A stretch of DNA of 64,000 nt from an uncultured Gemmatimonadales bacterium (lineage in GTDB: Bacteria > Gemmatimonadota > Gemmatimonadetes > Gemmatimonadales > Gemmatimonadaceae): positions 1,024,001-1,088,000 of the forward strand of contig CAWBZV010000003.1 in NCBI GenBank assembly GCA_963793305.1, read 5' to 3'. The translations under genes were made by a program, and so were the position numbers. Positions 11,753 to 21,323 of the stretch are shown here, one piece after another; position 1 is the first letter of the stretch, and every line of letters begins with the position of its first letter. Under the pieces are notes generated by a model that was given only the letters and a program-made list of their open reading frames with translations, searched no databases and was not told the DNA's origin.

Positions 11753-11811
11753 TACAGAAACGGCGTGGGACTCACGGCACCATCACGCTCGTCCACTAAG
11801 GAGAATGGGGT

Positions 11812-12084
11812 ATGTCACGCTCTATCTTGCTCACCGGACTCGTCGTCGCGGCACTCGCAGCCGCACCGAGATCGACCTACGCGCAAAGTGTCAACGGCCC
11901 GCGCGCATTGCTCGCTCACGTCGAGGGTCCCATCCCCTCGTTCGCCACGCGCGCGGCGACGCCGATCGATGGCGAGCGCGCGTTGCTGGCGACCAGAATC
12001 ACCGAGCCGGCACGTCCATCATATGTATTCGTCGTACCGGTCGTGCCGACTGGCGGAGCGTACGCGCTGCTCGTCCGCCGCTGA
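11812..12084 (+). CDS. Small exported hypothetical protein
   Basis: AAGGAG RBS upstream; signal peptide ending TYA-Q; fills the gap. Confidence 0.6.
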   Translation: MSRSILLTGLVVAALAAAPRSTYAQSVNGPRALLAHVEGPIPSFATRAATPIDGERALLATRITEPARPSYVFVVPVVPTGGAYALLVRR

Positions 12085-12133
12085 CGCCAGATGATCGTTG
12101 ACAGGGCCGTCATTTGGCCGTACTCATGGCCCC

Positions 12134-12685
12134 GTGACGGCCTCGCTGCAAGAACAACACGTCGACGCGGGTGATGAGGCGCTACTCGCACAGATCCGCG
12201 CTGGCGACGTCGCTGCCTTCGAGCAACTGTTTCGCCGGTACGCCGAGCCGCTCTATGACTGTGCGTACGGGTATGTCGGCTCGCGCAACGTCGCACAGGA
12301 GGTCGTGCAGCAACTGTTCGTCACGCTGTGGGAGCGACGGCGCGTGTGGCAGGTGTCCAGCACGGTCGTCACGTATCTCTATCGCGCCGTGCGGAATGGA
12401 TCATTGAACGCGCTGCGTGAAGGTCGACGACGCGTGCCGCTGATGGAGCGAGTGCACGAGGCGCCCGGGATCGAACAGGAGGTCGAGGCCGCCGATTTGG
12501 CGCGGGCCGTTGCGCGCATCGTGACGCGGCTGCCGGAACGGTGCCGAGAGGTGTTTCGGCTCAATCGATACCACCATCTCACGTACGCCGAGGTGGCGCA
12601 GGTGCTGAACCTCTCGGTGAAAACCGTGGAACTTCATATGGCGCGCGCCCTCCGCGAGCTGCGCTCGAGGCTTAAATCCGACTGA
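12134..12685 (+). CDS. ECF RNA polymerase sigma-70 factor
   Basis: AFEQLFRRY, AQEVVQQLF..LW, LPERCREVF, YAEVA..LNLSVKTVE; start approximate. Confidence 0.93.
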   Translation: MTASLQEQHVDAGDEALLAQIRAGDVAAFEQLFRRYAEPLYDCAYGYVGSRNVAQEVVQQLFVTLWERRRVWQVSSTVVTYLYRAVRNGSLNALREGRRRVPLMERVHEAPGIEQEVEAADLARAVARIVTRLPERCREVFRLNRYHHLTYAEVAQVLNLSVKTVELHMARALRELRSRLKSD

Positions 12686-12735
12686 GGATTTAAAGCCGAC
12701 TAGGGGTAACCGGCCTCGTCGCGTGTTAAGGGTCA

Positions 12736-13713
12736 ATGACACCCGACGACGCGCTGCTCGCGCGATATCTCGCGCATGAGTGTACGCCGGCCGAGGCAGC
12801 CGCCGTACGCCAGTGGATCGCCGCTGACCCGGACCGCGTTCGCGCGGTCGAACGACTTCGGGCCACATTCGACGCCGCCGCGCCGCCGCACGAGCGGCCG
12901 GATCTCGACGCGATGTGGGCCCAGGTCCGTGCTCACCACCCCGCGTCGTTGCCGCCTGCACGGCGGCGACCCTTTCCGGTGAGTATCCTCGTCGCGGCGG
13001 CCGTCCTGATCGTCGCCGTCCTCGTCGATCGCGCGGCCACGCGCCGCACGGCCACGCCTGGCGCGGTCCGCGAGATCGCCACGTCGATCGGCCAGCGCGC
13101 GACGATCGATCTCGCCGATGGAAGCCGCGTCATTCTTGGACCGCGGAGCCGCATCAGCACGCCCGAGCATTTCGGCGAGGGTCCGCGCGACGTGACCCTC
13201 GAAGGCGAGGCGTACTTCGAGGTCCATCACGATTCCACCCATCCATTTCGCGTGCACGCCGCCGGTGGTGTCGCCGAAGATATCGGCACCCGGTTCGTGG
13301 TCCGCGCGTACGCCGGCGAGCCGGCGCTTCGGGTCGTCGTCGCCGAAGGGCGCGTGTCGGTCACTCGCTCAGGTGGCGTCCCGGTCGCACTCGGCGCCGG
13401 GCAGCTCGCGAGCTTCGACGACGCCGGCACCGCGTTGGTGCGCCCGGTCGATACCGCCGCCTATGTCGCGTTCAGCGATGGCCGGCTCGTGTTCGACGGC
13501 ACGCCGCTCGACGAGGTCGTCTCCGAGTTGGGTCGCTGGTACGATCTCGATATCCGCCTCGCCGCTCCGGAGTTCGCCGGCCGCCACATCTCCGCGTCAT
13601 TCACCGGACTCGCCGAGGATGACGTCCTCGGCGCCGTCGCTGCCGCTGCCGGACTGCGATACACGCGTCAGGGTCGCACGGTCACGTTTTCTCGCGCCAG
13701 AGGTATCCCGTGA
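12736..13713 (+). CDS. fecR: FecR family anti-sigma factor
   Basis: Single TM; LADGSRVILGP.S, LEGEAYFEV, DIGTRF, LDEVVSELGRWY. Confidence 0.93.
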   Translation: MTPDDALLARYLAHECTPAEAAAVRQWIAADPDRVRAVERLRATFDAAAPPHERPDLDAMWAQVRAHHPASLPPARRRPFPVSILVAAAVLIVAVLVDRAATRRTATPGAVREIATSIGQRATIDLADGSRVILGPRSRISTPEHFGEGPRDVTLEGEAYFEVHHDSTHPFRVHAAGGVAEDIGTRFVVRAYAGEPALRVVVAEGRVSVTRSGGVPVALGAGQLASFDDAGTALVRPVDTAAYVAFSDGRLVFDGTPLDEVVSELGRWYDLDIRLAAPEFAGRHISASFTGLAEDDVLGAVAAAAGLRYTRQGRTVTFSRARGIP

Positions 13714-16700
13714 TGCTGCTCATTCCACTGCTGCTCGCCTTCCAGCAACCCGTGCCGATCGTCCTGGCCCAGGCCGCGCCGGTGAGCGATCACGCGAGCG
13801 ATCGAGGGCCCGCGTTCTATATGGTCCGCAAGCCCGGCGGCAAGCGTGAGGACGCGTACAACGCGGTCGCGCTCCGCCGGCGGCTGTCGCTCAATCTCCA
13901 GGACGTGCCGATCGCCGACGCGCTGTCCGCAATTACCGCACAAACTGGTATACGGTTTGTGTACATGCGCGAAGAAGTGCCCGTCGACCGGCGCGTATCG
14001 CTCGCGGCTCAGGATATTGCGCTGGCCGCCGCACTCACCGAAGTGCTGTTCGATGCCGGCGTCGATGTCGAGCTCCTGTCCGGCAACCAGGTCGCTCTCG
14101 TGAAACGACGGCCTCCCACGTCCGACGCACGCCAGCGGCGTCGCATCACGGGCCATGTGCTCGACGCGGAGACGAAATCCCCGCTTCCTGGCGCGGTCGT
14201 GACCGTGACGGGCACTGCGATCGGTGCGGTTACGTCCGACAGCGGCACGTTCGCCATCGTCGTGCCGGACAATGCGACCAGCCTGTCAGTGCGCCGCATC
14301 GGGTACCGGCAAAACTCGGTGACGATCGCCGCTGACCAGACCGACGTGACGGTCGAGCTCTCGAAAGATCCACTCAAGCTCGAGACCCAAGTCGTGACAG
14401 GCGTCGCGACGACGATCTCTTCGCGCAATGCCGCCAACGCCGTCGCGGTCGTGAGCTCGGATCAGATCAACGAAGTGCCGGCGCCGACCCTGGAGAACGC
14501 GCTGCAATCGAAGATCCCGGGTGCGATCATCGAGCAGAACAACGGCGGCGCGCCGGGCGGCGGCCTCCAGATCCAAATTCGCGGCATCACCTCGATCGAG
14601 GCCGACGCCTCACCGCTCTACGTCGTCGACGGCGTGATCGTGAACAACGAGACGACCAACAACGGCGCCAACGCGATCAGCCAGGCGAGCCTTGGCTCGC
14701 CCGGGGTCCAGAACACGCAACAATTCGAGCAGGATAATAGCCCGAACCGCCTCGCGGACATCAACCCGAACGACATCGAGTCGATCGAGGTGCTCAAAGG
14801 CTCGTCCGCCTCGGCCATCTACGGCGCGAAAGCCGCGTCCGGCGTGGTGATCATCACGACGAAGAAGGGCAGCCCGGGCAAGACCGCGTGGAATGTGACG
14901 CAGCGGTTCGGCACCTTCGAGCTCGCCAACCATCTGCCGTTGCGCACCTTCCCGACGCTCGGCAGCGCCCAGTTGTGGTACCTGAACGATGAGCACAGCG
15001 GCGACATCGGAACGCCGGCGGCATCGGCGGACAGTGCGTTGATCAAGTCGGTCTACGGCGGGCCGCAGGATTATCAGAACCAGCTCTTCGGTGGCGGCGA
15101 GCTGTCGTACGAGACCGACCTCAGCGTGCGCGGCGCGAGCGAGAGCGGCAAGACGACCTACTTCATGTCCGCGCTCACGAAATACGACAACGGCATCCTG
15201 CTCAACACCGGCTACAACAAGCAGTCGGTCCGGACCAACATCTCGCAGACCCTGTTGCCGAGCGTGACGATCTCCGGCAGCCTGTTTTACGCGAACTCGC
15301 TCACCCGGCGCGGCGTCAGCGGCAACGACAACGTCGGGATCTCGCCGTACGACGTGCTGTCGTACACGCCGCAGTTCATTAACCTGAACAACCGCAGCGC
15401 GACCGGCGTGTGGGCGCGAAACGGGTTCGGCCCGGCCAACCCGTTCGCCGACGCCGAGGAGATCCAGACACCGGAAAACGTGCACCGGTTTATCGGCGGG
15501 GGGACGGCCTCGTGGACCATGTTCCACACGGCGACCCAGAGTCTCCAGGTGTCGGTGATTGGCGGCGCCGACTACTCCGATGAGCGGGCGCAGCTCTACG
15601 CGCCGCCGGATCTGCAACAAGAGCAAAGCCTGCCGAGCGGACTGCCCGGCGTCGCGACGTCGCTTGAGGCGAACACGGAGTACCTGAACTACTCCGTGAA
15701 CTTGATCCACCACTACGTCGGCTCGTCACTCATCGACGCCACGACCTCGATTGGCCTCGCCGACGAGCGCCGGAATTTCTACAATCCGAACGCCGTCGGC
15801 CAGAACCTCGTGCCAGGCCAGAACAGCTTCACGGCCGGCTCGGTCCAGAGCGGATATTACGTTCAAACCGCGCTGCGCGACTTCTCGTTCTACGGCCAGG
15901 AGCAACTGCTGCTCTTGAACCAGCGCCTGGCGCTCACCGGCGGATTGACGGCCGAGCGAAGCTCGAACAACGGCGACGACCAGAAGTACTACTCCTACCC
16001 GAAAGTGTCGGCGTCCTATCGCATCCCACACCTGTTCAGTTTCCTGGACGAGATCAAGGCGCGCGTCGCCTACGGACAATCAGGGACCGAGCCGACCTAC
16101 GGCGTGAAGTACTCGGGCCTCGTGCAAAACGTCCTCGGCGCGACCAGCGGCACCTACACCCCGGCCGCGTACGGCGACCCGAACGTCCAGCCGGAGACGA
16201 ACACCGAGATCGAAGGCGGCATCGACGCGACGATGTTCGGGTCGCGCGCGCAGATCTCGGCGACGATCTACCAGAAGCGCATCTCGAACGTGCTGCTGCA
16301 GGAGGCCGTGAATCCGTCGTTCGGCACCTCCACGCAATGGCTGAATGGCGGCCAGTTCACCAATCGCGGGCTCGAGCTCTCGCTCGCGGCGACGCCCATC
16401 GAAATGCGCAATGGCTTCACGTGGATCTCGACGACGACCTTCTACCGGAACTACAGCGTCGTCGACAACCTGGCCATCGCGGCGTTCGACCTGCCGGAGA
16501 GCGGCGGGGGACCGTTCGGCATATTCCTCATCCAACCGGGCCGTTCGGTGTCGGAGGTCGTGAGCACCAACCCCGCGGATGTCAACAAGGCGGGCGTGCC
16601 GGTGCAGATCGGCGACGCGCAGCCGGCGTTCCAGATGGGATTCACGAACGACTTCTCGTTTGCGAGCTTCCATCTGCACAGCGTGCTCGATTGGAAGAAG

Positions 16701-17078
16701 GGCAGCACGGCCGACAACGCCAACAACCTGTACTTCGACAACTCGCTGTTCCTGCTTGACTCGGCCGCATCGGCTAAGCGGCTCATCGAGCGCGCCAATG
16801 GCGGATCGCCTTATGTGGAGGATGCGGGGTACGTCAAGCTGCGCGAGATCACCCTCTCGTATGATCTCCCGAGTGGGATCATCCACAACGTGACGCGTGG
16901 GTATCTCGCCAGCGCCAAGCTGTCGCTCTCTGGGCGCAATCTGTGGGCGAGCTTCAAGTACACCGGGCCGGATCCGGAGGTGAGCGGCGACGGCAACGTC
17001 AACATCACGCGCGGCAACGACGTGACGCAGTATCCGCCCGCTCGCAGCTACTTTGTCTCACTCGATCTGGGGTTTTGA
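13710..17078 (+). CDS. susC: SusC/RagA TonB-dependent transporter with N-terminal signalling (STN-like) extension
   Basis: SPLYVVDG, DINPNDIESIEVLKG.SA.AIYGA.AA.GVVIITTKKG plug motif, YVEDAGYVKLREI, terminal F. Confidence 0.95.
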   Translation: MMLLIPLLLAFQQPVPIVLAQAAPVSDHASDRGPAFYMVRKPGGKREDAYNAVALRRRLSLNLQDVPIADALSAITAQTGIRFVYMREEVPVDRRVSLAAQDIALAAALTEVLFDAGVDVELLSGNQVALVKRRPPTSDARQRRRITGHVLDAETKSPLPGAVVTVTGTAIGAVTSDSGTFAIVVPDNATSLSVRRIGYRQNSVTIAADQTDVTVELSKDPLKLETQVVTGVATTISSRNAANAVAVVSSDQINEVPAPTLENALQSKIPGAIIEQNNGGAPGGGLQIQIRGITSIEADASPLYVVDGVIVNNETTNNGANAISQASLGSPGVQNTQQFEQDNSPNRLADINPNDIESIEVLKGSSASAIYGAKAASGVVIITTKKGSPGKTAWNVTQRFGTFELANHLPLRTFPTLGSAQLWYLNDEHSGDIGTPAASADSALIKSVYGGPQDYQNQLFGGGELSYETDLSVRGASESGKTTYFMSALTKYDNGILLNTGYNKQSVRTNISQTLLPSVTISGSLFYANSLTRRGVSGNDNVGISPYDVLSYTPQFINLNNRSATGVWARNGFGPANPFADAEEIQTPENVHRFIGGGTASWTMFHTATQSLQVSVIGGADYSDERAQLYAPPDLQQEQSLPSGLPGVATSLEANTEYLNYSVNLIHHYVGSSLIDATTSIGLADERRNFYNPNAVGQNLVPGQNSFTAGSVQSGYYVQTALRDFSFYGQEQLLLLNQRLALTGGLTAERSSNNGDDQKYYSYPKVSASYRIPHLFSFLDEIKARVAYGQSGTEPTYGVKYSGLVQNVLGATSGTYTPAAYGDPNVQPETNTEIEGGIDATMFGSRAQISATIYQKRISNVLLQEAVNPSFGTSTQWLNGGQFTNRGLELSLAATPIEMRNGFTWISTTTFYRNYSVVDNLAIAAFDLPESGGGPFGIFLIQPGRSVSEVVSTNPADVNKAGVPVQIGDAQPAFQMGFTNDFSFASFHLHSVLDWKKGSTADNANNLYFDNSLFLLDSAASAKRLIERANGGSPYVEDAGYVKLREITLSYDLPSGIIHNVTRGYLASAKLSLSGRNLWASFKYTGPDPEVSGDGNVNITRGNDVTQYPPARSYFVSLDLGF

Positions 17079-17080
17079 TT

Positions 17081-18526
17081 ATGCGCCGTCTAGCGATAAT
17101 CGGCATCGTGGTCGCGATCGGGTGCGACACGCCGACGGTCCCGAACTACGCGTCGCCGAACCCGGACGTGACGACTCGCGCGGGCTTGCAGACGCTCGTC
17201 ACCGGTCTCTTCGGCGGCACGCGGGGTGACCTCGTCTGGATCATCACCGAGATGTCGTCGTTCGCCCGCGACGCTGGCAATTTCACCAACACCGATCCGC
17301 GTTTCATCACGGAGTTCCTGGGCGATGGCACGCCGATCAACAACTCCGACTTCGGGGTCTTCGGCTGGAACAATCAGTTTCAGATGGTGCGCACGGCCGA
17401 CAGCGTCCTGAGCGCCCTGCCGGGTGTCAAATCACCCACCGCGTACTCGACCGGTGAGCGGGCGCAGATCACCGGCGTCGTCCAGACCATCAAGGCGCTC
17501 GACTACATGTACCTGGCCGAGCAGCGCGACACGTCGGGCGTGCCGATCGGCGGCGACAAGCTGAGCGACCTTGGGAGCCCGGCGCCGATCCTGTGCAACA
17601 AAGATGTCTGGAAGGCGATCGTCGCGATCCTCGACTCGGGGAACGCTGAGCTCAACGTCGATCCATCCGATCCGCTGGCGATCAGTCTCCCGGCTGGCTT
17701 CGGATCGGTCTCGGCCACCGCCGGATCGTTCTCCGCCTTCAATCGGGCGCTGGCTGGAAAGGCCAACCTGGAGTTGGCCTACGCGATCGCGCGGTCCAAC
17801 GCAGCGGCCGCGCCCACGCCAATGTCCGCTGGCACGCCGGACAACGCGGCCCTCCTGCGCGCCGACAGCGCGATCACGGCGTCTGCGCTGTATCAGCCCA
17901 CACAGCTCGCGCCACCGGCGTCCGGTCCCTTCGCGGATCCGGTCGCGGTATATCATTCGTTCAGCGCCACGCCTGGTGATCTCGTCAATCCGGTCAACGG
18001 CGAGATCGGTACGCTGCGTATGCTCAACGAGTTCGTCGCCAGCGTCGATACGGCGAACGATCTACGGTGGAAGGCCAAGTTTGCCCTCAACCCCGACTCG
18101 TCGCAGCAGCATGCGTACTCCGGCGTGTCGGCGCACTGGATCGTCACCTTCTACCCGGTGGTCGGGAGCCCGATACCGATCGTCCGCAATGAGGAGCTCG
18201 TGCTGATCCGTGCTCAGATCCGGCTCGGGCTCGGCGATTTGTCCGGCGCGTGGACGCTCATTAACGACGTTCGCACGCGCGTTGGCGGATTGCCGGCCGA
18301 GGCGGTGTCGGCGAGTTATGCGACGACGCGCGATGCGCTCATGCGCGAGCAGCGCATCTCGACCGTGCTCGAATCGGGCGGCGATCGCGCGATCGCGATT
18401 CGCATGTACGGGCTCGCGGCGGTCGTCGATACGACGTGGGGGGCCAGCGATACGCACGCGACGTTGATGCCGGTGCCGAACACCGAGTTTGCCAATCGAT
18501 CCTCTAGCGCACTGTCATGCCCATGA
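17081..18526 (+). CDS. susD: SusD/RagB family outer-membrane lipoprotein
   Basis: Lipobox AIGC; RNEELVLIRAQ..LINDVR SusD C-terminal motif; follows susC. Confidence 0.9.
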   Translation: MRRLAIIGIVVAIGCDTPTVPNYASPNPDVTTRAGLQTLVTGLFGGTRGDLVWIITEMSSFARDAGNFTNTDPRFITEFLGDGTPINNSDFGVFGWNNQFQMVRTADSVLSALPGVKSPTAYSTGERAQITGVVQTIKALDYMYLAEQRDTSGVPIGGDKLSDLGSPAPILCNKDVWKAIVAILDSGNAELNVDPSDPLAISLPAGFGSVSATAGSFSAFNRALAGKANLELAYAIARSNAAAAPTPMSAGTPDNAALLRADSAITASALYQPTQLAPPASGPFADPVAVYHSFSATPGDLVNPVNGEIGTLRMLNEFVASVDTANDLRWKAKFALNPDSSQQHAYSGVSAHWIVTFYPVVGSPIPIVRNEELVLIRAQIRLGLGDLSGAWTLINDVRTRVGGLPAEAVSASYATTRDALMREQRISTVLESGGDRAIAIRMYGLAAVVDTTWGASDTHATLMPVPNTEFANRSSSALSCP

Positions 18527-19479
18527 AACGCTGGGTCTTACTTGTCGCCCTGGTCAGTTGCTCACCCCAGCAACCCACGTGGCACGATAGTTCGCCGCAC
18601 CAGCAAGGGTTCGTCACTGTGCCCGGTGGCGTACGCCTCGAGGTACTCGATTGGGGTGGTAGCGGCCCGCCCCTGGTCTTTCTCGCTGGCCTCGAAAACA
18701 CCGCGCACGTGTTCGACGACTTCGCGCCGAGGTTTACGAAAGAATTTCACGTGTACGGCATCACGCGCCGAGGCTGGGGGGCGTCGAGTCGGGCGCCGGG
18801 TGGTCAAAACCTGTACACCATACCGGTGCTCGTTGAAGACGTGCGTGCGGTCCTCGATACCTTGCGCCTGACCAAGGTCGACCTGGTGGGTCACTCGATC
18901 GCCGGCCAAGAGCTCTCCTGGCTCGCGGCCAACTATCCGGATCGCGTTGACCGCCTCGTGTACCTCGACGCGGGCTTCGACTACCACACGCATCCCGTAC
19001 CCGGCCCACTCCCCGAACAACCGCCGCCAACAGCAGCCGAGTCGGCCTCGGCGGCTACTGGGCTGGCGTATTTCCGGCGGATGAACGATGCGCAGCTGCC
19101 CGAGGGCGACTTCCGCGCCACCGAAAGCCTGAGTGTCGCCGGTCGCGATCTCGGCCCCAAGACATCGGGCAAGATTTCCGCGGAGGTGTACAACTCGGCC
19201 GCGAGTCTCGAACCGCCGCTCGATCGCGTGCGCGGGCCGGTGCTGGCGGTCTACGATCGGCCGACGTCAATCGCCGAGTTCATCCCGTGGCTCACAGCGG
19301 GTGACACGGCAGCGACGCGCATAGCAAAATTGGCGAACGATTGGCGTGCGGCGCAGGAAACCGAGTTCCACGCGCGCGTGCCGCAGGCGGTCATTGTCGG
19401 CGCAACTGGTGCATCCCACTACGTCTTCGTGGGCGCTCCAGACTCGGTCTATCGGGCGATGCGAACGTTTCTAAAATGA
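18523..19479 (+). CDS. Alpha/beta hydrolase (lipoprotein-like)
   Basis: LEVLDWGG, GHSIAG nucleophile, SHYVF; VSC lipobox-like. Confidence 0.9.
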   Translation: MKRWVLLVALVSCSPQQPTWHDSSPHQQGFVTVPGGVRLEVLDWGGSGPPLVFLAGLENTAHVFDDFAPRFTKEFHVYGITRRGWGASSRAPGGQNLYTIPVLVEDVRAVLDTLRLTKVDLVGHSIAGQELSWLAANYPDRVDRLVYLDAGFDYHTHPVPGPLPEQPPPTAAESASAATGLAYFRRMNDAQLPEGDFRATESLSVAGRDLGPKTSGKISAEVYNSAASLEPPLDRVRGPVLAVYDRPTSIAEFIPWLTAGDTAATRIAKLANDWRAAQETEFHARVPQAVIVGATGASHYVFVGAPDSVYRAMRTFLK

Positions 19480-19844
19480 AGCGGCGCGTGCGGCATGAGA
19501 TTCGAGAGGAGCCATGACGCACCGCCCGTGAGTCCCGCGAACTCCGCGAATTGCCCGTTGCCCTTGATGGAGCCAAAAAGTTGGCCCATGCCGACCGCGC
19601 TCACGGCGCTGAACAAGCTCGGGCGGCGCCCGAATCCATTCACCATCGTCGAAAGAAAGAGGAGCCGGTTCGTCTCCTGAGCCCTTTGCGCGCGGTCGCT
19701 AGCGGCCATCTGCATGCTCGCGCCGATTTTGCTCGCGCTATCGACCGACCGGGCGAAAATCTCGAACCGGCTCGCTGCCGGTGCGGTCATTTGCTGTGCG
19801 GCGAGACTCGGCGCCGCAATCAGGAGAAACAGGAGAGCGCGCAT
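19449..19844 (-). CDS. Exported hypothetical protein
   Basis: Signal peptide MRALLFLLIAAPSLAA-QQ; -10-like TATATT 7 nt upstream. Confidence 0.6.
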   Translation of the reverse strand: MRALLFLLIAAPSLAAQQMTAPAASRFEIFARSVDSASKIGASMQMAASDRAQRAQETNRLLFLSTMVNGFGRRPSLFSAVSAVGMGQLFGSIKGNGQFAEFAGLTGGASWLLSNLMPHAPLHFRNVRIAR

Positions 19845-19865
19845 GATCCATAATATATTGGTGCC

Positions 19866-21275
19866 ATGCGCACTCCAATGATTGTCGCGATCGCCGCCCT
19901 CGCCACCCTGGCGAGCGTCGCCCAGGCTCAGCTGGGCCCCCAACAGCAGGCCCTGCACGACATCTACAAGCAGCTGATCGAAACAAACACCGAAGATTCG
20001 GCGGGTGTGGGGAGCGTCACCGCGGCCACTCGGGCGCTCGCCGACAAGTTCCGGGCGGCCGGGTTCCCGGACGCGGACATTCATTTGCTGGGGCCGACGC
20101 CTGACAAGCAGGCGCTCGTCGTCCGGTATCACGGGTCCGGTGCGCGCAAACCGTTACTGCTGCTGGCGCACGTCGACGTTGTGATAGCTCGTCCCACCGA
20201 TTGGTCGACGGACCCGTTCGCGCTGGTCGAGAAGGACGGCTATTTCCAGGCGCGCGGATCGATCGACGACAAGGCCATGGCGGCGATCTTTGTCGCGAAC
20301 CTGTTGCGGTACAAGCAAGAAGGCTTCGTTCCCGATCGCGATTTGATCCTGGCGCTGACGCCGGACGAAGAGAAGGGCGGCCGCCTCGGCGCCGGCTGGC
20401 TCATGGAGAACCACCGCGATCTGATCGGCGATGCCGTCATGGCGTTGAACGAAGGCGGCGGTGGCACGCTGCGCGATGGCAAGCCGTTCTACAACGATGT
20501 GCAGGCGACGGAGAAGGTCGTCACGAACTTCACGCTCACCGCGAAGAATCCCGGCGGTCACTCGTCGCTGCCCAGGCCCGATAACGCGATCTACGAGCTG
20601 GCCGCCGGGCTCACGCGGCTCGCGCACTACTCGTTCCCGGTCCAGTTGAACGAGGTCACGCGCGTGTACTTCGAGCGGTCAGCGGCTATCGAGAAGCCCG
20701 CGATCGGGGCCGCCATGCGCGCGATCCTCAAGGATCCGACGGACGCCAAAGCCGCCGCGACGCTGTCCACCGATCCGCGATACAATTCGGTGCTGCGCAC
20801 AACCTGCGTCGCCACGCGCCTCTCCGGCGGTCATGCGGACAACGCGCTGCCGCAGATCGCGACCGCGTTCGTCAACTGCCGTGTGTTCCCCAACGTCACG
20901 GCCGACGACGTTCGCGCGAAGATCATTGCCGCGGTCGCCGACACCGGCATCGAAGTCTCGCCGCCGAGTGCGCCCATACCGCCGACGCAGCCATCGCCAT
21001 TGAGCCCCGAGATCATGGGACCCGTGGCGTCGATCACCAAGTCGATGTTCGGCGACATCCCGGTGATCCCGTTCATGTCGACGGGCGCGACTGATAGCAA
21101 GTATCTCCGGGCTGCGGGGATCCCGGCGTATGGCGTATCAGGACTCATGGTAGACCCGGCCGATCTCCGGATCCACGGCCGCGACGAGCGCGTGCTCCAG
21201 AAGTCGCTGTATGAGTCTCAAGAGTTTCTGTACCGGCTGGTTAAGGCCCTGTCTTCCCCGAAACCAGTCACTTAA
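19866..21275 (+). CDS. M20/M25/M40 metallopeptidase (exported)
   Basis: LAHVDVV, RGSIDDK, DEE, NEGG, GGHSS, GATD, IHGRDE. Confidence 0.95.
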   Translation: MRTPMIVAIAALATLASVAQAQLGPQQQALHDIYKQLIETNTEDSAGVGSVTAATRALADKFRAAGFPDADIHLLGPTPDKQALVVRYHGSGARKPLLLLAHVDVVIARPTDWSTDPFALVEKDGYFQARGSIDDKAMAAIFVANLLRYKQEGFVPDRDLILALTPDEEKGGRLGAGWLMENHRDLIGDAVMALNEGGGGTLRDGKPFYNDVQATEKVVTNFTLTAKNPGGHSSLPRPDNAIYELAAGLTRLAHYSFPVQLNEVTRVYFERSAAIEKPAIGAAMRAILKDPTDAKAAATLSTDPRYNSVLRTTCVATRLSGGHADNALPQIATAFVNCRVFPNVTADDVRAKIIAAVADTGIEVSPPSAPIPPTQPSPLSPEIMGPVASITKSMFGDIPVIPFMSTGATDSKYLRAAGIPAYGVSGLMVDPADLRIHGRDERVLQKSLYESQEFLYRLVKALSSPKPVT

Positions 21276-21323
21276 TCACAGACGCATAGTCGCGTGAGCA
21301 TGGCCGCTCGTAGCATAGCGGCC

